From: an uncultured Candidatus Rokubacteria bacterium
Lineage (GTDB): Bacteria > Methylomirabilota > Methylomirabilia > Rokubacteriales > DASRDR01
Direction: 5' to 3'
Assembly: GCA_963805625.1 (NCBI GenBank)
Contig: CAWDVE010000019.1
Span: forward strand, 608,001 to 672,000
Length of the DNA stretch: 64,000 nucleotides
Below, in pieces: positions 8,499 to 18,011 of this stretch (positions are counted from its first letter, which is position 1; each line of letters opens with the position of its first letter). A program made the position numbers and the translations under genes. The notes under the pieces are model-generated. The model did not search any database. It saw only the letters and a list, made by a program, of their open reading frames with translations, and was not told where the DNA came from.

Positions 8499-11400
8499 CC
8501 TCACCGGGCGCCCCAGGCCGGAGCCCGTTCACTCCGAGCGATCCGGCCGGTCCGCTCGCGGACCACGAGGAGCGTCGCCGCGCGCTCGAGGACCTCGACA
8601 CCACGTTCCTGGTCGAGGCGGCGGCCGGCAGCGGGAAGACCACGCTGCTCCTCGGTCGCATCGTGAACCTCGTCCGGAGCGGGCGGGCGCGCCTCGCGGA
8701 GATCGCGGCCGTCACGTTCACCGAGAAGGCGGCCGCCGACTTGCGAGTGCGCCTCCGCGGCGAGCTGGCGCGCGCCGGCCTCCACGGGGCGCTCCGCGAG
8801 CTCGAGATCGCCCGGATCGGGACGATTCACGCGTTCGCGGCCGGGCTCCTGCGCGAGCGCCCCGTCGAGGCCGGCGTGGATCCGGGGTTCACGGTCGCCG
8901 ACCCGCTCACCGCCCGCCTCCTCCTGGACCGGACCTGGGAGGCGTGGCTCCCGGCGGCGCTGTCGGACCCATCGGCGGCCGAGACCGTGCGACAGGCGAT
9001 CGAGCGAGGGCTCGGACTCGAGCGCCTCCGTGATCTGGCCTTCGCGCTTGTGGACGCGCGAGACCGGCTCGACGGGCTCCCGGATCCGGAGCCGTACGCC
9101 GAGCCGCCGGCGGCCCTGAACGTGGACGTTCGCGCGACGATCGTGCGACTCGCCGAGCGCGCGCGCGGCGCCGTCAAGGACCCGGAGGATCGTGCGGCGC
9201 GGACGCTCGAGGACCTGGCGCAATGGGTCCACCAGACGGCGGGCTTGCCGGAGGCTGACCAGGTGAGCGCGCTCCTGGGCCCGGCACGGCTGCCGGACAA
9301 GCCCGAGAGGCTCGGCAACAAGGCAAAGTGGCAGGACAAGGCCGGGCTGGAGGAGTGCCGGACCGGTCTCATCGCGCTGCGCGAGCGGGTCGAGGTCGCG
9401 CGAGCGGTCGCCCGCCACAACCTGGTCGCCGGCCTCGCCTGCTGGGCGGCGGGCTTCGCCGCCGCCTACGACCTCGCCAAGGGCCGGGCGGGCTGCCTCG
9501 ACTTCCTCGACCTGCTCCTGCGGGCGCGTAACCTCGTGCGCGACCGGGTGGACGTGCGATGCGACCTCCAGCGCGCGATCCGGTACCTCCTGGTCGACGA
9601 GTTCCAGGACACCGACCCGCTCCAGCTCGAGATGGTCCTGAGCCTCGCGGAGGGCGCGCCTTCGGGGAGCCTCTTCGTTGTCGGCGACCCGAAGCAGAGC
9701 ATCTACCGGTTCCGCCGGGCCGACATCGAGACCTACGAGGATGCGAAGCGGACGATCGCCGGGTGCGGCGAGGTCCTGACGATCCGCGCGAACTTCCGGA
9801 GCTCTCGCGCGATCCTGGAGGCCGTCAACGGCGTGTTCGAGGGCGTCATGGTCCCGCCGCCCGACGGCGCCTATCAGCCGACGTACGTGGCGCTCGAGCC
9901 CTCGCCCCGGACCCAGCCCGGCGGGCTGCCGGTGGTCCTCGCGCTGCCGCCGGACGTGCCGACGGCCGGAAGCGTCAGCGAGGCCGCGGCGCAGGAGGCG
10001 CGTTTGGTCGCCGCCTATCTCCGCCGTGAGGTCGAGCACGCGCACCGCTTCCGCTACGGCGACGTCGCGCTCCTGTTCCGCGCGATGACGAACGTGGTCT
10101 CGTACGAGGACGCGCTCCGGGAGGCGGGCATCCCGTTCCGCACGGTCGGGGGGCGCCACTATTACGACCGGTCCGAGGTGGGCTGGACGATCGCGGCGCT
10201 GGCGGCGATCGAGGACCCGCACGACCCCGTGGCGCTCGTGGGCGCGCTCCGCTCCCCGTTCTTCGGCGTCACGGACGAGATGCTCCTCGGTCTCCACACC
10301 TCGGGCGGGGAGTTCTGCTATCTCCGGCCGCTCCCGGCCGATGCCGACCCGTCGCTCGCGCGGGCATGGACGCTTCTCGGCGCGCTTCACCGCGAGCGGA
10401 ACGCCGTGGCGCCGGCCGCGGTCGTCGAGCGACTTCTGGCCGGCACCGAGGCGCTTGCCGCCTACGCCCTCGAGCCTCAGGGCGAGGCGCGCGTCGCCAA
10501 CCTCCTGAAGGTCCTCGACACCGCGCGGGCGTTGGAGGCGACGGGGGCGCTCACCTTTCGCGGGCTCGTCCGGTGGCTTCGCGATCGCGGGGCGGCCCGC
10601 TACGAGGAGGAGGAGTCGGCGGTCGAGGCCGACGACGCGGTGCGCCTCATGACGATCCACAAGGCCAAGGGCCTCGAGTTTCCGGTCGTCGTCATACCCG
10701 ACCTCGGCCGCGAGGGGCCGTGGCGGGCGCCGGTGGTCCTGGCGGACCGCGCATCGGGGCGGCTCGCCGTGAACCTTGGTCGCCTGGGCGATGCGACGAT
10801 GACGACGCTCGACTGGGCGGACGCCGAGGCCAGGGAGATCCAGCGCGTGGACGCCGAGGCGCTCCGCGTGCTCTACGTGGCCCTCACGCGCGCGGAGCGG
10901 GGGTTCGTGCTTCCCGTGCCGCCGCGGCCGGAAGGCAAGGGCTTCTACCAGCATCTCGCCGCCCTCCTCGGCACCCCGACGGACGTCCTCACCATCGACG
11001 ATCTCGAGCGCCCGGGTCGCGGCCCCGAAGCGCCCGCCGCTCCCGCGGGACCGGAGGAGGCCCTCGACGTCTGGCGCGCGCGCCACCGGGCGCTCATCGC
11101 GCGCGGCGGCGCGGTGGAGGAAGGCCCGCCGGGCGGTGATGGCGCTCGCGTCGGCCCCCTCACGCGCGCCGCCCGCCAGCGCCTGGCGGCGGCCGCGCTG
11201 GCCCGCGCGGCGCTCCTTCTGGTGGACCTCGGTCGCCCCGACGCCGCGCCCCCCGTCGTGACGGCGCTGGGAGCGCGTCGCGGCGCACGGCCGGAGGTCG
11301 TTGCCGAGGCGGCGCGGCTTCTCCGACAGGCGCTGGCGGACCCGGTGATCGATCGGGCGCGCCGCGCTTCGTGGCTGGCGCGCGACGTGCCGGTGGCGAT

Positions 11401-11584
11401 CGCGGCGGAGGGCGCGGTCGCGGAGGACCGCCTCGACCTCCTCTTCGAGGAGTCCGGGGGCCTGGTCGTCGTGCGGGTCGAGGCGGGCGCGGCCGACGCC
11501 GCCTCACCCGGGCTTCAGCCGGACGCGCTCGCCCAGGCGCTCGGCCGGCCGGTGCGGGAGGTGCTGACCTTGAGCCTGTCCTAG
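8495..11584 (+). CDS. addA: AddA-like UvrD/SF1 helicase
   Basis: EAAAGSGKT, VTFTEKAA, LVDEFQDT, VGDPKQSIYRFR, NFRS, MTIHKAKGLEF, LYVALTRA; ATG at 8495 overlaps addB stop. Confidence 0.9.
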   Translation: MTSPGAPGRSPFTPSDPAGPLADHEERRRALEDLDTTFLVEAAAGSGKTTLLLGRIVNLVRSGRARLAEIAAVTFTEKAAADLRVRLRGELARAGLHGALRELEIARIGTIHAFAAGLLRERPVEAGVDPGFTVADPLTARLLLDRTWEAWLPAALSDPSAAETVRQAIERGLGLERLRDLAFALVDARDRLDGLPDPEPYAEPPAALNVDVRATIVRLAERARGAVKDPEDRAARTLEDLAQWVHQTAGLPEADQVSALLGPARLPDKPERLGNKAKWQDKAGLEECRTGLIALRERVEVARAVARHNLVAGLACWAAGFAAAYDLAKGRAGCLDFLDLLLRARNLVRDRVDVRCDLQRAIRYLLVDEFQDTDPLQLEMVLSLAEGAPSGSLFVVGDPKQSIYRFRRADIETYEDAKRTIAGCGEVLTIRANFRSSRAILEAVNGVFEGVMVPPPDGAYQPTYVALEPSPRTQPGGLPVVLALPPDVPTAGSVSEAAAQEARLVAAYLRREVEHAHRFRYGDVALLFRAMTNVVSYEDALREAGIPFRTVGGRHYYDRSEVGWTIAALAAIEDPHDPVALVGALRSPFFGVTDEMLLGLHTSGGEFCYLRPLPADADPSLARAWTLLGALHRERNAVAPAAVVERLLAGTEALAAYALEPQGEARVANLLKVLDTARALEATGALTFRGLVRWLRDRGAARYEEEESAVEADDAVRLMTIHKAKGLEFPVVVIPDLGREGPWRAPVVLADRASGRLAVNLGRLGDATMTTLDWADAEAREIQRVDAEALRVLYVALTRAERGFVLPVPPRPEGKGFYQHLAALLGTPTDVLTIDDLERPGRGPEAPAAPAGPEEALDVWRARHRALIARGGAVEEGPPGGDGARVGPLTRAARQRLAAAALARAALLLVDLGRPDAAPPVVTALGARRGARPEVVAEAARLLRQALADPVIDRARRASWLARDVPVAIAAEGAVAEDRLDLLFEESGGLVVVRVEAGAADAASPGLQPDALAQALGRPVREVLTLSLS

Positions 11585-11724
11585 GCTGCGGGGGCGAGGA
11601 CTGGGCCGCGCGGGGCCTGCGCTCGGCGGTCCACGCGGCGGGCGGCCTGAAGGGCTGGTGGACACGCGCGCGCCAGGTGCGGGGGTAGCCCGGGGCCGAG
11701 CCCTGAGTCGTGTATGGTACCGCC

Positions 11725-12834
11725 ATGAGAGGGGTCCGCACCGCCTCGCTTTACTGCGCGGCAGGCCCGCCGGCCGGTCTCCTAGTTCAGCCGGCAGCCG
11801 CCGGGAGCCTCCTCGGGCTCGACCGGGACGAGGTCATCGCCGCGTTCCGGGAGCATGGCGTGCTCGTGTTTCAGGGGTTCCCCGTCGACGCGGCGGTGTT
11901 CGACACGTTCACCCGGCGCTTCGCCGATCGGTTCGTCATCCACGCGAACGCCACCAAGCTGCGCAAGCCGCCCGAGGCGGACGTGACCATCGGGACCGTC
12001 GACTACGGTGGTCGCGCCCTCGGTCCGCACTCGGAGCTGGCGTTCCTGCCGCGCCCCTTCCGTCCCGATATCCTGTTCCTGCACGGAGTGAGACAGGCCC
12101 CGGTGGGCGGCGCGACCACGGTCTACGACGGACAGGCGATCGCCCGCCAGCTCGATCCGGCCACCCGCCGGATTCTCGCCGCGAGTCGCCTCCGGTATCG
12201 GATTCCCGTGCCGAGACAGGTCTGGTCCCAGGTGCTGGAGATCGAGTCGCCTCAGGCTCTCGCGCGCGTGTCCGGCGATTTCCGCATCGTCGTGGGCGGT
12301 CTTCGCGCGCTCTCGATCCGGTGGCTGCTGAGGTCCACGAGCTGGGTCATCGGCAAGGCACTCCGCAAGGATCTGGCGGCGCTGGACCGGGACGACCCTC
12401 ACTTCCGGCTGGCCGCGTTCCTGGCGGGTCCCGACGCCCAGTCGGACTCGATCTACGTCGATTGGGAGACACCGGCCCTGACGCGCTCCAGATTCTCGGG
12501 GCAGGAGGCGCTGGCGACCTCGCTCTTCTCCGGCTACATGCGGATCTACGGGCGTGTGAATGGCTGGCGGGTGTTCCGGTACCGGAGTCTCATCTCGCGG
12601 CTGCTGGAGACGGTCGAACGGTACCGGACGCCGATCGCGTGGGGTGGGGGCGACGTCCTGATGATCGACAACACGAGGATGATGCACGGACGGGAGCGTT
12701 TCGAGGACTCTGCCGGGGCCCGGCGGCACGTCCGGACCCGGTACGGCCTGGCGTCCTGGGCCGGAGGCTCGGGTGACGGTGAGGAGGCCGCGGCGATGCG
12801 TCGTGACCGAGGCAGACAGCCCGAGAATCCATGA
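11725..12834 (+). CDS. TauD/TfdA-family Fe(II)/2-oxoglutarate dioxygenase
   Basis: HGVLVFQGF, PHSE (HxE), GGATTVYDG, WGGGDVLMIDNTRMMHGRE. Confidence 0.8.
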   Translation: MRGVRTASLYCAAGPPAGLLVQPAAAGSLLGLDRDEVIAAFREHGVLVFQGFPVDAAVFDTFTRRFADRFVIHANATKLRKPPEADVTIGTVDYGGRALGPHSELAFLPRPFRPDILFLHGVRQAPVGGATTVYDGQAIARQLDPATRRILAASRLRYRIPVPRQVWSQVLEIESPQALARVSGDFRIVVGGLRALSIRWLLRSTSWVIGKALRKDLAALDRDDPHFRLAAFLAGPDAQSDSIYVDWETPALTRSRFSGQEALATSLFSGYMRIYGRVNGWRVFRYRSLISRLLETVERYRTPIAWGGGDVLMIDNTRMMHGRERFEDSAGARRHVRTRYGLASWAGGSGDGEEAAAMRRDRGRQPENP

Positions 12835-14537
12835 TGCCCGGGCCTTCCCGTGTCGTCCGCGCCGGCCGGGGGATGCTCGGGGAGGCCGTAGTCGGGGCGC
12901 GGTTCGCGCTGCGCCTGCCGCCCTTCCTCCGGCGTCCGGTCGGCCAGGCGGAGGCACGAACCGTCCTGCGGAGCCGGCTGGAGCGGCGGGAGGTCGCGCT
13001 CCTTGGCCTCGCGAGGATCCTCTACGATTCCCCGGAGGGTCCGTACGCGGTCCTCCTCCGTCGGTCGGGATGCGAGTACGGCGATCTCGAGCGCCTGGTC
13101 GCCCGGGACGGCGCCGAGGGGGCGCTGGCTCAGCTCTTCCGAGCCGGCGTCTACCTCACGATCGACGAGTTCAAGGGACGGCGGCCCGTGGTTCGAGGGT
13201 CCACCACCGTTCGCGTGGAGCCCGGGCTCCTGCGCAACCCCCGATCGGCGCTCCACGTCGCGGCGCGGACCAGCGGGAGCCGGAGCGGCGGGACACCGGT
13301 CCTGGTCGATCTCGCGTTCCTCCGCGAGTGCGCCGTCGACACGCTGCTCGCGCTGGACGCCCGAGGCGCCGCGGAGTACGCCAAGGCGATCTGGCTGGTC
13401 CCCGGGGGGGCCGCCCTGGCCCGCCTCCTCGAGTTCGCGGGGTTCAGGCCAGTTCCGGCGCGCTGGTTCTCCCAGATCCATCCGGCGGCGGCGGGTCTGC
13501 ATCCTCGGTATCGCTGGAGCTCCCGCCTCACCCGATGGAGCAGCCTGGTGACCGGGGTACCGTTGCCGTTACCGGAGCACGTGTCCCTCGACGAGCCGCT
13601 CCCGGTCGCCGGCTGGATGCTCGACGTGCTGCGCCGAGGGCAGCGGCCACACCTGCTCACGTTCCCGAGCTCGGCCGCCCGTCTCTGCCACGCCGCAACG
13701 TCGGCCGGGCTCGATCTCCGGGGCGCACACTTCACGCTCACCGGCGAGCCGATCACGGCGACCCGGCTGGCGGCGATTCGCCGAGCCGGAGCGGACGCCG
13801 AGGCCCGCTACGGAATCATCGAGGCCGGGCCGATCGGGTACGGGTGCTTCGTGCCCGAGGCCCCTGACGACATGCACCTGCTCCACGACCTGGTGGCGGT
13901 GGTCCAGCCGGGCGTGGACGGCGCCGGCGCCGGTCTTCCGCCCGATGCCCTGCTGTTCACGTCGCTCCGGGCAACGGCGCCCTTCGCCCTGCTGAACGTC
14001 TCGATGGGAGATCGCGCGACGATGACGGGACGGCGATGCCAGTGCCCGCTCGAGCAGCTCGGGTGGACGACACACCTCCGGGAGATCGGGAGCCTCGAGA
14101 AGCTCACCGCCGGCGGGATGAGCTTCCTCGACACCGACGTGATCCCGGTGCTCGAGGAGGTGTTGCCCGCTCGGTTCGGCGGCGGCCCGACCGACTACCA
14201 GCTGGTGGAGGACGAGGGGGAGGCCGGCGAGCCACGTCTGCGACTCCTCGTCAGTCACCGGGTGGGCGACGTGGATCCGGACGCGGTGGCGGAGACCTTC
14301 CTTGCTGCGATGAGCTTCGGCTCGGGCGTGGAGCGCGTGATGGGCCTGATGTGGCGCCAGGCCCGTCTCCTCCGGGTCGAGCGGCGCTCCCCCCTGACCG
14401 CGGCGTCCGGCAAGGTCCTGCACCTCCATATCCCTGATGGGGGACGGGCGGCACAATCCCTTGGGCGGTGGGTCCCCTCGGACGCGGGCGAATCCGGGCG
14501 ATGCGAGTCGGACGCCGGCGTCATGCCGCTGCCCTGA
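12831..14537 (+). CDS. Divergent phenylacetate-CoA ligase (PaaK/CapK)-like adenylate-forming protein, paralog 1
   Basis: RTSGSRSGG loop, LTGE, YGIIEAG, NVSMGD, DYQLVE, terminal SGK. Confidence 0.7.
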   Translation: MMPGPSRVVRAGRGMLGEAVVGARFALRLPPFLRRPVGQAEARTVLRSRLERREVALLGLARILYDSPEGPYAVLLRRSGCEYGDLERLVARDGAEGALAQLFRAGVYLTIDEFKGRRPVVRGSTTVRVEPGLLRNPRSALHVAARTSGSRSGGTPVLVDLAFLRECAVDTLLALDARGAAEYAKAIWLVPGGAALARLLEFAGFRPVPARWFSQIHPAAAGLHPRYRWSSRLTRWSSLVTGVPLPLPEHVSLDEPLPVAGWMLDVLRRGQRPHLLTFPSSAARLCHAATSAGLDLRGAHFTLTGEPITATRLAAIRRAGADAEARYGIIEAGPIGYGCFVPEAPDDMHLLHDLVAVVQPGVDGAGAGLPPDALLFTSLRATAPFALLNVSMGDRATMTGRRCQCPLEQLGWTTHLREIGSLEKLTAGGMSFLDTDVIPVLEEVLPARFGGGPTDYQLVEDEGEAGEPRLRLLVSHRVGDVDPDAVAETFLAAMSFGSGVERVMGLMWRQARLLRVERRSPLTAASGKVLHLHIPDGGRAAQSLGRWVPSDAGESGRCESDAGVMPLP

Positions 14538-14570
14538 AAGGGTCCACGGCGAAAAACGCGGGCCGTGGAC

Positions 14571-16076
14571 TCAGACCACGCCGGCGGAGACCGCCTGGCG
14601 CGACAAGGGCGCCTCGCCCAGCCGGGTGAGGGCCTGCTCCATCGCGCGCCCGAGCCGCCGGGCGCCCTCGACGATCCGGTCGGGCGGGAGCGCCGCGTAG
14701 CAAAGGCGGATGTGGTCCGCGCCGCCCCCGTTCGGGGTGAACGCCGAGCCGGGCCGCACTCCGACGCCATGCTCGAGCGCCACCGGCTGGAGTGCGTCCG
14801 TCGTGAGGGGCGCGGGTAGCGTGGCCCAGACGTAGTACGAGCCCCCGGGCACACGGAAGCGGAGCCGCGGGCAGTGCTGGCGGAGGGCGCTGACGAGCGC
14901 GTCCCGACGAACGCGGCACTCGACTCGAAGCCGGGCCAGGTGCCGCTCACCGTGGGGGCTGCCGATGAAGGCCGCGGCCAGGCGCTGCGTGAGCGCCGCG
15001 GTGTGGAGGTCCTCGAAGGTCTTGGCGACCGTGAGGGCGGCCATGGCGGGGATGGGCGCGACGAGCCAGCCGACACGGAGGCCGGGGAGCCCGAGCTTCG
15101 ATCCACCGCCCTGGTAGATGACGACGCCGGCCGCGTCCTGGGCCTTGAGCGCCGGCGGTGGCTCCTGCTCGAAGTAGAGATCCCCGTAGAGGTCGCTCTC
15201 CACGACCGGCACCCGGTACTGGAGCGCGAGCTCCAGCACGCGGCGCCGGCGGTCGGCGGTCAACACCGCTCCAGTGGGATTCTGGAACGCCGGGATGAGA
15301 TAGACCAGCTTCGGCCGGTAGCGCGCCAGGGCCTCCTCCAGCGCATCGATACGCACGCCGTCGTGGTCGACCGGGAGGCCGACGACGTCAGCCCCGGCCC
15401 ACCGGAACGTGAGGAACGCGCCCGGGTAGGTGGGGCTCTCCGTGAGGACGACGTCACCCGGGGTGAGGAAGGCCCGGGCGAGGACGTTCAGCCCCTGCTG
15501 GCCGCCGGTGGTCACGAGGATCTCCTCGGGAGTCGCGCGGATGCCGCGAGAGCGGAGCCAGCCCGAGAGGGTCTCCCGGAGCACCGGGTCGCCCCAGGCC
15601 GGCGCCGGATTGTAGAGGCTGCCATCGCCGCGGGGCAGGGCGTCGAGGAGCGAGTCGAGCGTCTCGACCGGGTATAGGTGAGGATCCGGGAGTCCCACCC
15701 CGAAGCCGATCACGTCCGGCCCGCCCGGTGCGGCGTACGCGACCTGCATGCCCTGGATCGCGACGGGCGCGATCCGCTGGGCCCAGGGGAGGGCGGCGTG
15801 ACGGGCATCGGGCGGGGTCCCCACGACGATGGTGCCCCGGCCCACGTGCCCCCGCAGGATGCCGCGGGCCTGGAGCTCCTGATAGGCCCCGGTCACGGTC
15901 GTTCGGCTCACCCCCAGGTCTAAGGCCAATTCACGCTCTGCAGGGAGCCGATCACCGACCCTGAGGCGCCCCGCCCGGAGCGCCTCCTCGACGGCCTGGG
16001 CGACCTGAAGATAGAGGGCCTCGCCCGAACTTGGGTCCGGTCGCCCAATCAATGGCTCATTACTGGAGTGTTTCAT
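14571..16076 (-). CDS. MocR/GabR-family regulator (GntR HTH plus PLP aminotransferase-like domain)
   Basis: RLPAERELALDLGVSRTTV, FQNPTG, SKLGLPGLRVGW; GGAG RBS before ATG 16076. Confidence 0.93.
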   Translation of the reverse strand: MKHSSNEPLIGRPDPSSGEALYLQVAQAVEEALRAGRLRVGDRLPAERELALDLGVSRTTVTGAYQELQARGILRGHVGRGTIVVGTPPDARHAALPWAQRIAPVAIQGMQVAYAAPGGPDVIGFGVGLPDPHLYPVETLDSLLDALPRGDGSLYNPAPAWGDPVLRETLSGWLRSRGIRATPEEILVTTGGQQGLNVLARAFLTPGDVVLTESPTYPGAFLTFRWAGADVVGLPVDHDGVRIDALEEALARYRPKLVYLIPAFQNPTGAVLTADRRRRVLELALQYRVPVVESDLYGDLYFEQEPPPALKAQDAAGVVIYQGGGSKLGLPGLRVGWLVAPIPAMAALTVAKTFEDLHTAALTQRLAAAFIGSPHGERHLARLRVECRVRRDALVSALRQHCPRLRFRVPGGSYYVWATLPAPLTTDALQPVALEHGVGVRPGSAFTPNGGGADHIRLCYAALPPDRIVEGARRLGRAMEQALTRLGEAPLSRQAVSAGVV

Positions 16077-16146
16077 TGGGTGGTCTCCTCCTGCCTGGCT
16101 CCTGCCCACCGCCGAACGCACAATCCAGGACTCCTCATCAACTAAG

Positions 16147-16196
16147 TCCAAGTGTCATGATTGGATATTGCCACATGGCCGAGGATACCATAACGT
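16147..16196 (+). promoter_or_regulatory. Putative MocR operator plus sigma70-like promoter
   Basis: Inverted repeat TCCAA-N9-TTGGA (16147-16165) just upstream of TTGCCA-N17-TAACGT (16168-16196). Confidence 0.5.
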
Positions 16197-16219
16197 CGAC
16201 GTCAAGGAGGATGGTGAAG

Positions 16220-16438
16220 ATGATCGAGTCCAGTCTGATGGTCGACGTCCTGATCCGCGAGCGGGAGGCAGAGCTGCGGGCTCTTGCCCTTCGTCGCGCT
16301 GCGTTCCGAGGCTCCGATTCGGCGCGTGACCGCCGGCACTCGCTCCGCGAGCGGCTCGGCTTTTCCCTGATCCAGGCCGGGCGGGCGCTGCTCCGGCACG
16401 GGTCGGCCTGCGCGCCGGCTTCGCGCCGCCTGGCCTGA
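16220..16438 (+). CDS. Small hypothetical protein (72 aa) divergent from MocR
   Basis: AGGAGG RBS at 16205-16210; IREREAELRALA...LRERLGFSLIQAGRALL; ATG 16211 and GTG 16214 are alternative starts. Confidence 0.7.
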   Translation: MIESSLMVDVLIREREAELRALALRRAAFRGSDSARDRRHSLRERLGFSLIQAGRALLRHGSACAPASRRLA

Positions 16439-16449
16439 GGGAGGCTCCA

Positions 16450-16845
16450 ATGACGGTCCTGACCAACGTGCTCTCGCTACTGGTGGCGTGCGTTGTGGGG
16501 GTCGGGCCGGTCGCGCTTGTGGCGGTCCTCCAGAATCGTCGGGACCGCCGCGCGCAGGCGCTGTTTCACGAGGTAGCGAGCCAGCTCCCGGCCGAGGCGC
16601 TCAGGAGCGACGTCGCACTGGACGTGCGCTGCCGGCTGCTCTCCCGTGGCGCGACGGTGCGGCTCGACCTCGGGAGGGCCCCGTCCGCGCACATCTGGGA
16701 GACCGCAGCCCGGCTTCGCCGGGGGCTCCCGGCCTGGGTGCGGCTCAAGGTGGACGGGCACGTGGACGGCCCCCTGACCGTCCCGCGCCCGGTTCGCATC
16801 ACCGTCGAGAGCCCGGAGCCCGAGCCGCTCCGCCAGGCCGCCTGA
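16450..16845 (+). CDS. Hypothetical membrane-anchored protein
   Basis: GGGAGG RBS, N-terminal TM helix followed by basic residues. Confidence 0.7.
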   Translation: MTVLTNVLSLLVACVVGVGPVALVAVLQNRRDRRAQALFHEVASQLPAEALRSDVALDVRCRLLSRGATVRLDLGRAPSAHIWETAARLRRGLPAWVRLKVDGHVDGPLTVPRPVRITVESPEPEPLRQAA

Positions 16846-16855
16846 CCGACAGGAA

Positions 16856-16895
16856 CCGGGACTCCCGGGCCGCGAAGTTGCGGTCCGGGGCCCGG
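16856..16895. terminator. GC-rich hairpin between convergent genes
   Basis: CCCGGGCCGCG-AAG-TTGCGGTCCGGG imperfect inverted repeat; no U-tract. Confidence 0.35.
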
Positions 16896-16947
16896 CCACC
16901 GGTGCCCCGAGGATCTGCCCGTCGAAGGCCGCGCCGCCTCGCGGCGG

Positions 16948-17967
16948 TCAGAAGCGGCTGCAGACCTTGCCGAAGTGCTGGCCGGCCGGCAGAGCCTTGA
17001 TCGCCTCGCCCACCTCCTCGAACGCGAAGCGCCGCTCGTCGACGGGCGGCTCGGTTCCGTGGAGCTCCATGGCGCGGACCATGTCCTCGAAGAGCTCGCG
17101 GCTTCCTACGGTGACGCCCTGGAGGCGGATGTTCTGCGTCACCACCGCGCCCAGGCTGAGCTGGGCGACCGCCCCCGCCAGGACGCCGATGAGCGCCACC
17201 GTGCCGCTCGTGCGCACCGAGCGGACCGCGGCATCGAGCGTGCCCGCGACCTCGACCACGAGGTCGACCCCCACGCCGTTAGTGACCTCCCGCGCGATCT
17301 TGTGCCAGTCGGGGTTGGTCTTGTAGTTGACGATGTGGTCCGCACCCATCGCGCGGACGCGCTCGAGCTTCGCGTCGCTCGACGAGGTCGCGAGGACGCG
17401 GGCCCCGTGCATCTTGGCGAACAGGAGGGCGAAGAGCGACACCCCGCCCGTTCCCTGGACGAGCACGACGTCCCCGGCCTTGACCCGGCCCTGCGCGACG
17501 ACGGCGTTCCAGGCGGTGACGGCGGCGCAGGGCAGGGTCGCCGCCTGCACCGCGTCCAGGTGGCGCGGCACGCGGACGACGCCCTCCTGGCTGAGCGCCA
17601 TGAACTCCTGCATCACGCCGGCCCGCGGGCCGCCGAGGGTCCCAGCCCAGTGAGCCTCGCGGAACGGACCGTTCCACCACGTCTGGTTGTAGATCGGGCA
17701 GACGAGGTCGCCTACCGCCACGCGCGAGACGCCGGGGCCGACCGCGATCACGTGCCCGGCGCCATCCGAGCAGGGGATGAGGGGCAGCGCGCCCCCCCGG
17801 CGGCCGTAGCCGCCGCACGCCATCACGTAGTCGCGGTAGTTGAGGGACGCGGCTTCCATCCGCAGCAGCACCTCGCCCGGGCCGACCTCGGGCGTCGACC
17901 GCTCCGCGAGCTTGATGTTGTCCGGGCTCCAGCTGTCCTGGATCTGCATGACCTTCATGCTCGGCAT
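16948..17967 (-). CDS. MDR-family NAD(P)-dependent alcohol dehydrogenase/quinone oxidoreductase
   Basis: AASLNYRD, IPCSDGAG, TLPCAAVTAWNA, QGTGGVS, QHFGKV; GAGGAG RBS. Confidence 0.9.
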   Translation of the reverse strand: MPSMKVMQIQDSWSPDNIKLAERSTPEVGPGEVLLRMEAASLNYRDYVMACGGYGRRGGALPLIPCSDGAGHVIAVGPGVSRVAVGDLVCPIYNQTWWNGPFREAHWAGTLGGPRAGVMQEFMALSQEGVVRVPRHLDAVQAATLPCAAVTAWNAVVAQGRVKAGDVVLVQGTGGVSLFALLFAKMHGARVLATSSSDAKLERVRAMGADHIVNYKTNPDWHKIAREVTNGVGVDLVVEVAGTLDAAVRSVRTSGTVALIGVLAGAVAQLSLGAVVTQNIRLQGVTVGSRELFEDMVRAMELHGTEPPVDERRFAFEEVGEAIKALPAGQHFGKVCSRF

Positions 17968-18011
17968 GCGTGCGCTCCTCGTATGGGCGGACGGGGACTC
18001 GGGTAACGGCC

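Noticed and set aside
8501-11086. Long antisense and alternate-frame ORFs (e.g. 861 aa here, 20225-22432, 32172-34433)
   Set aside because: Shadow ORFs expected in very high-GC DNA opposite well-supported genes; no family motifs.
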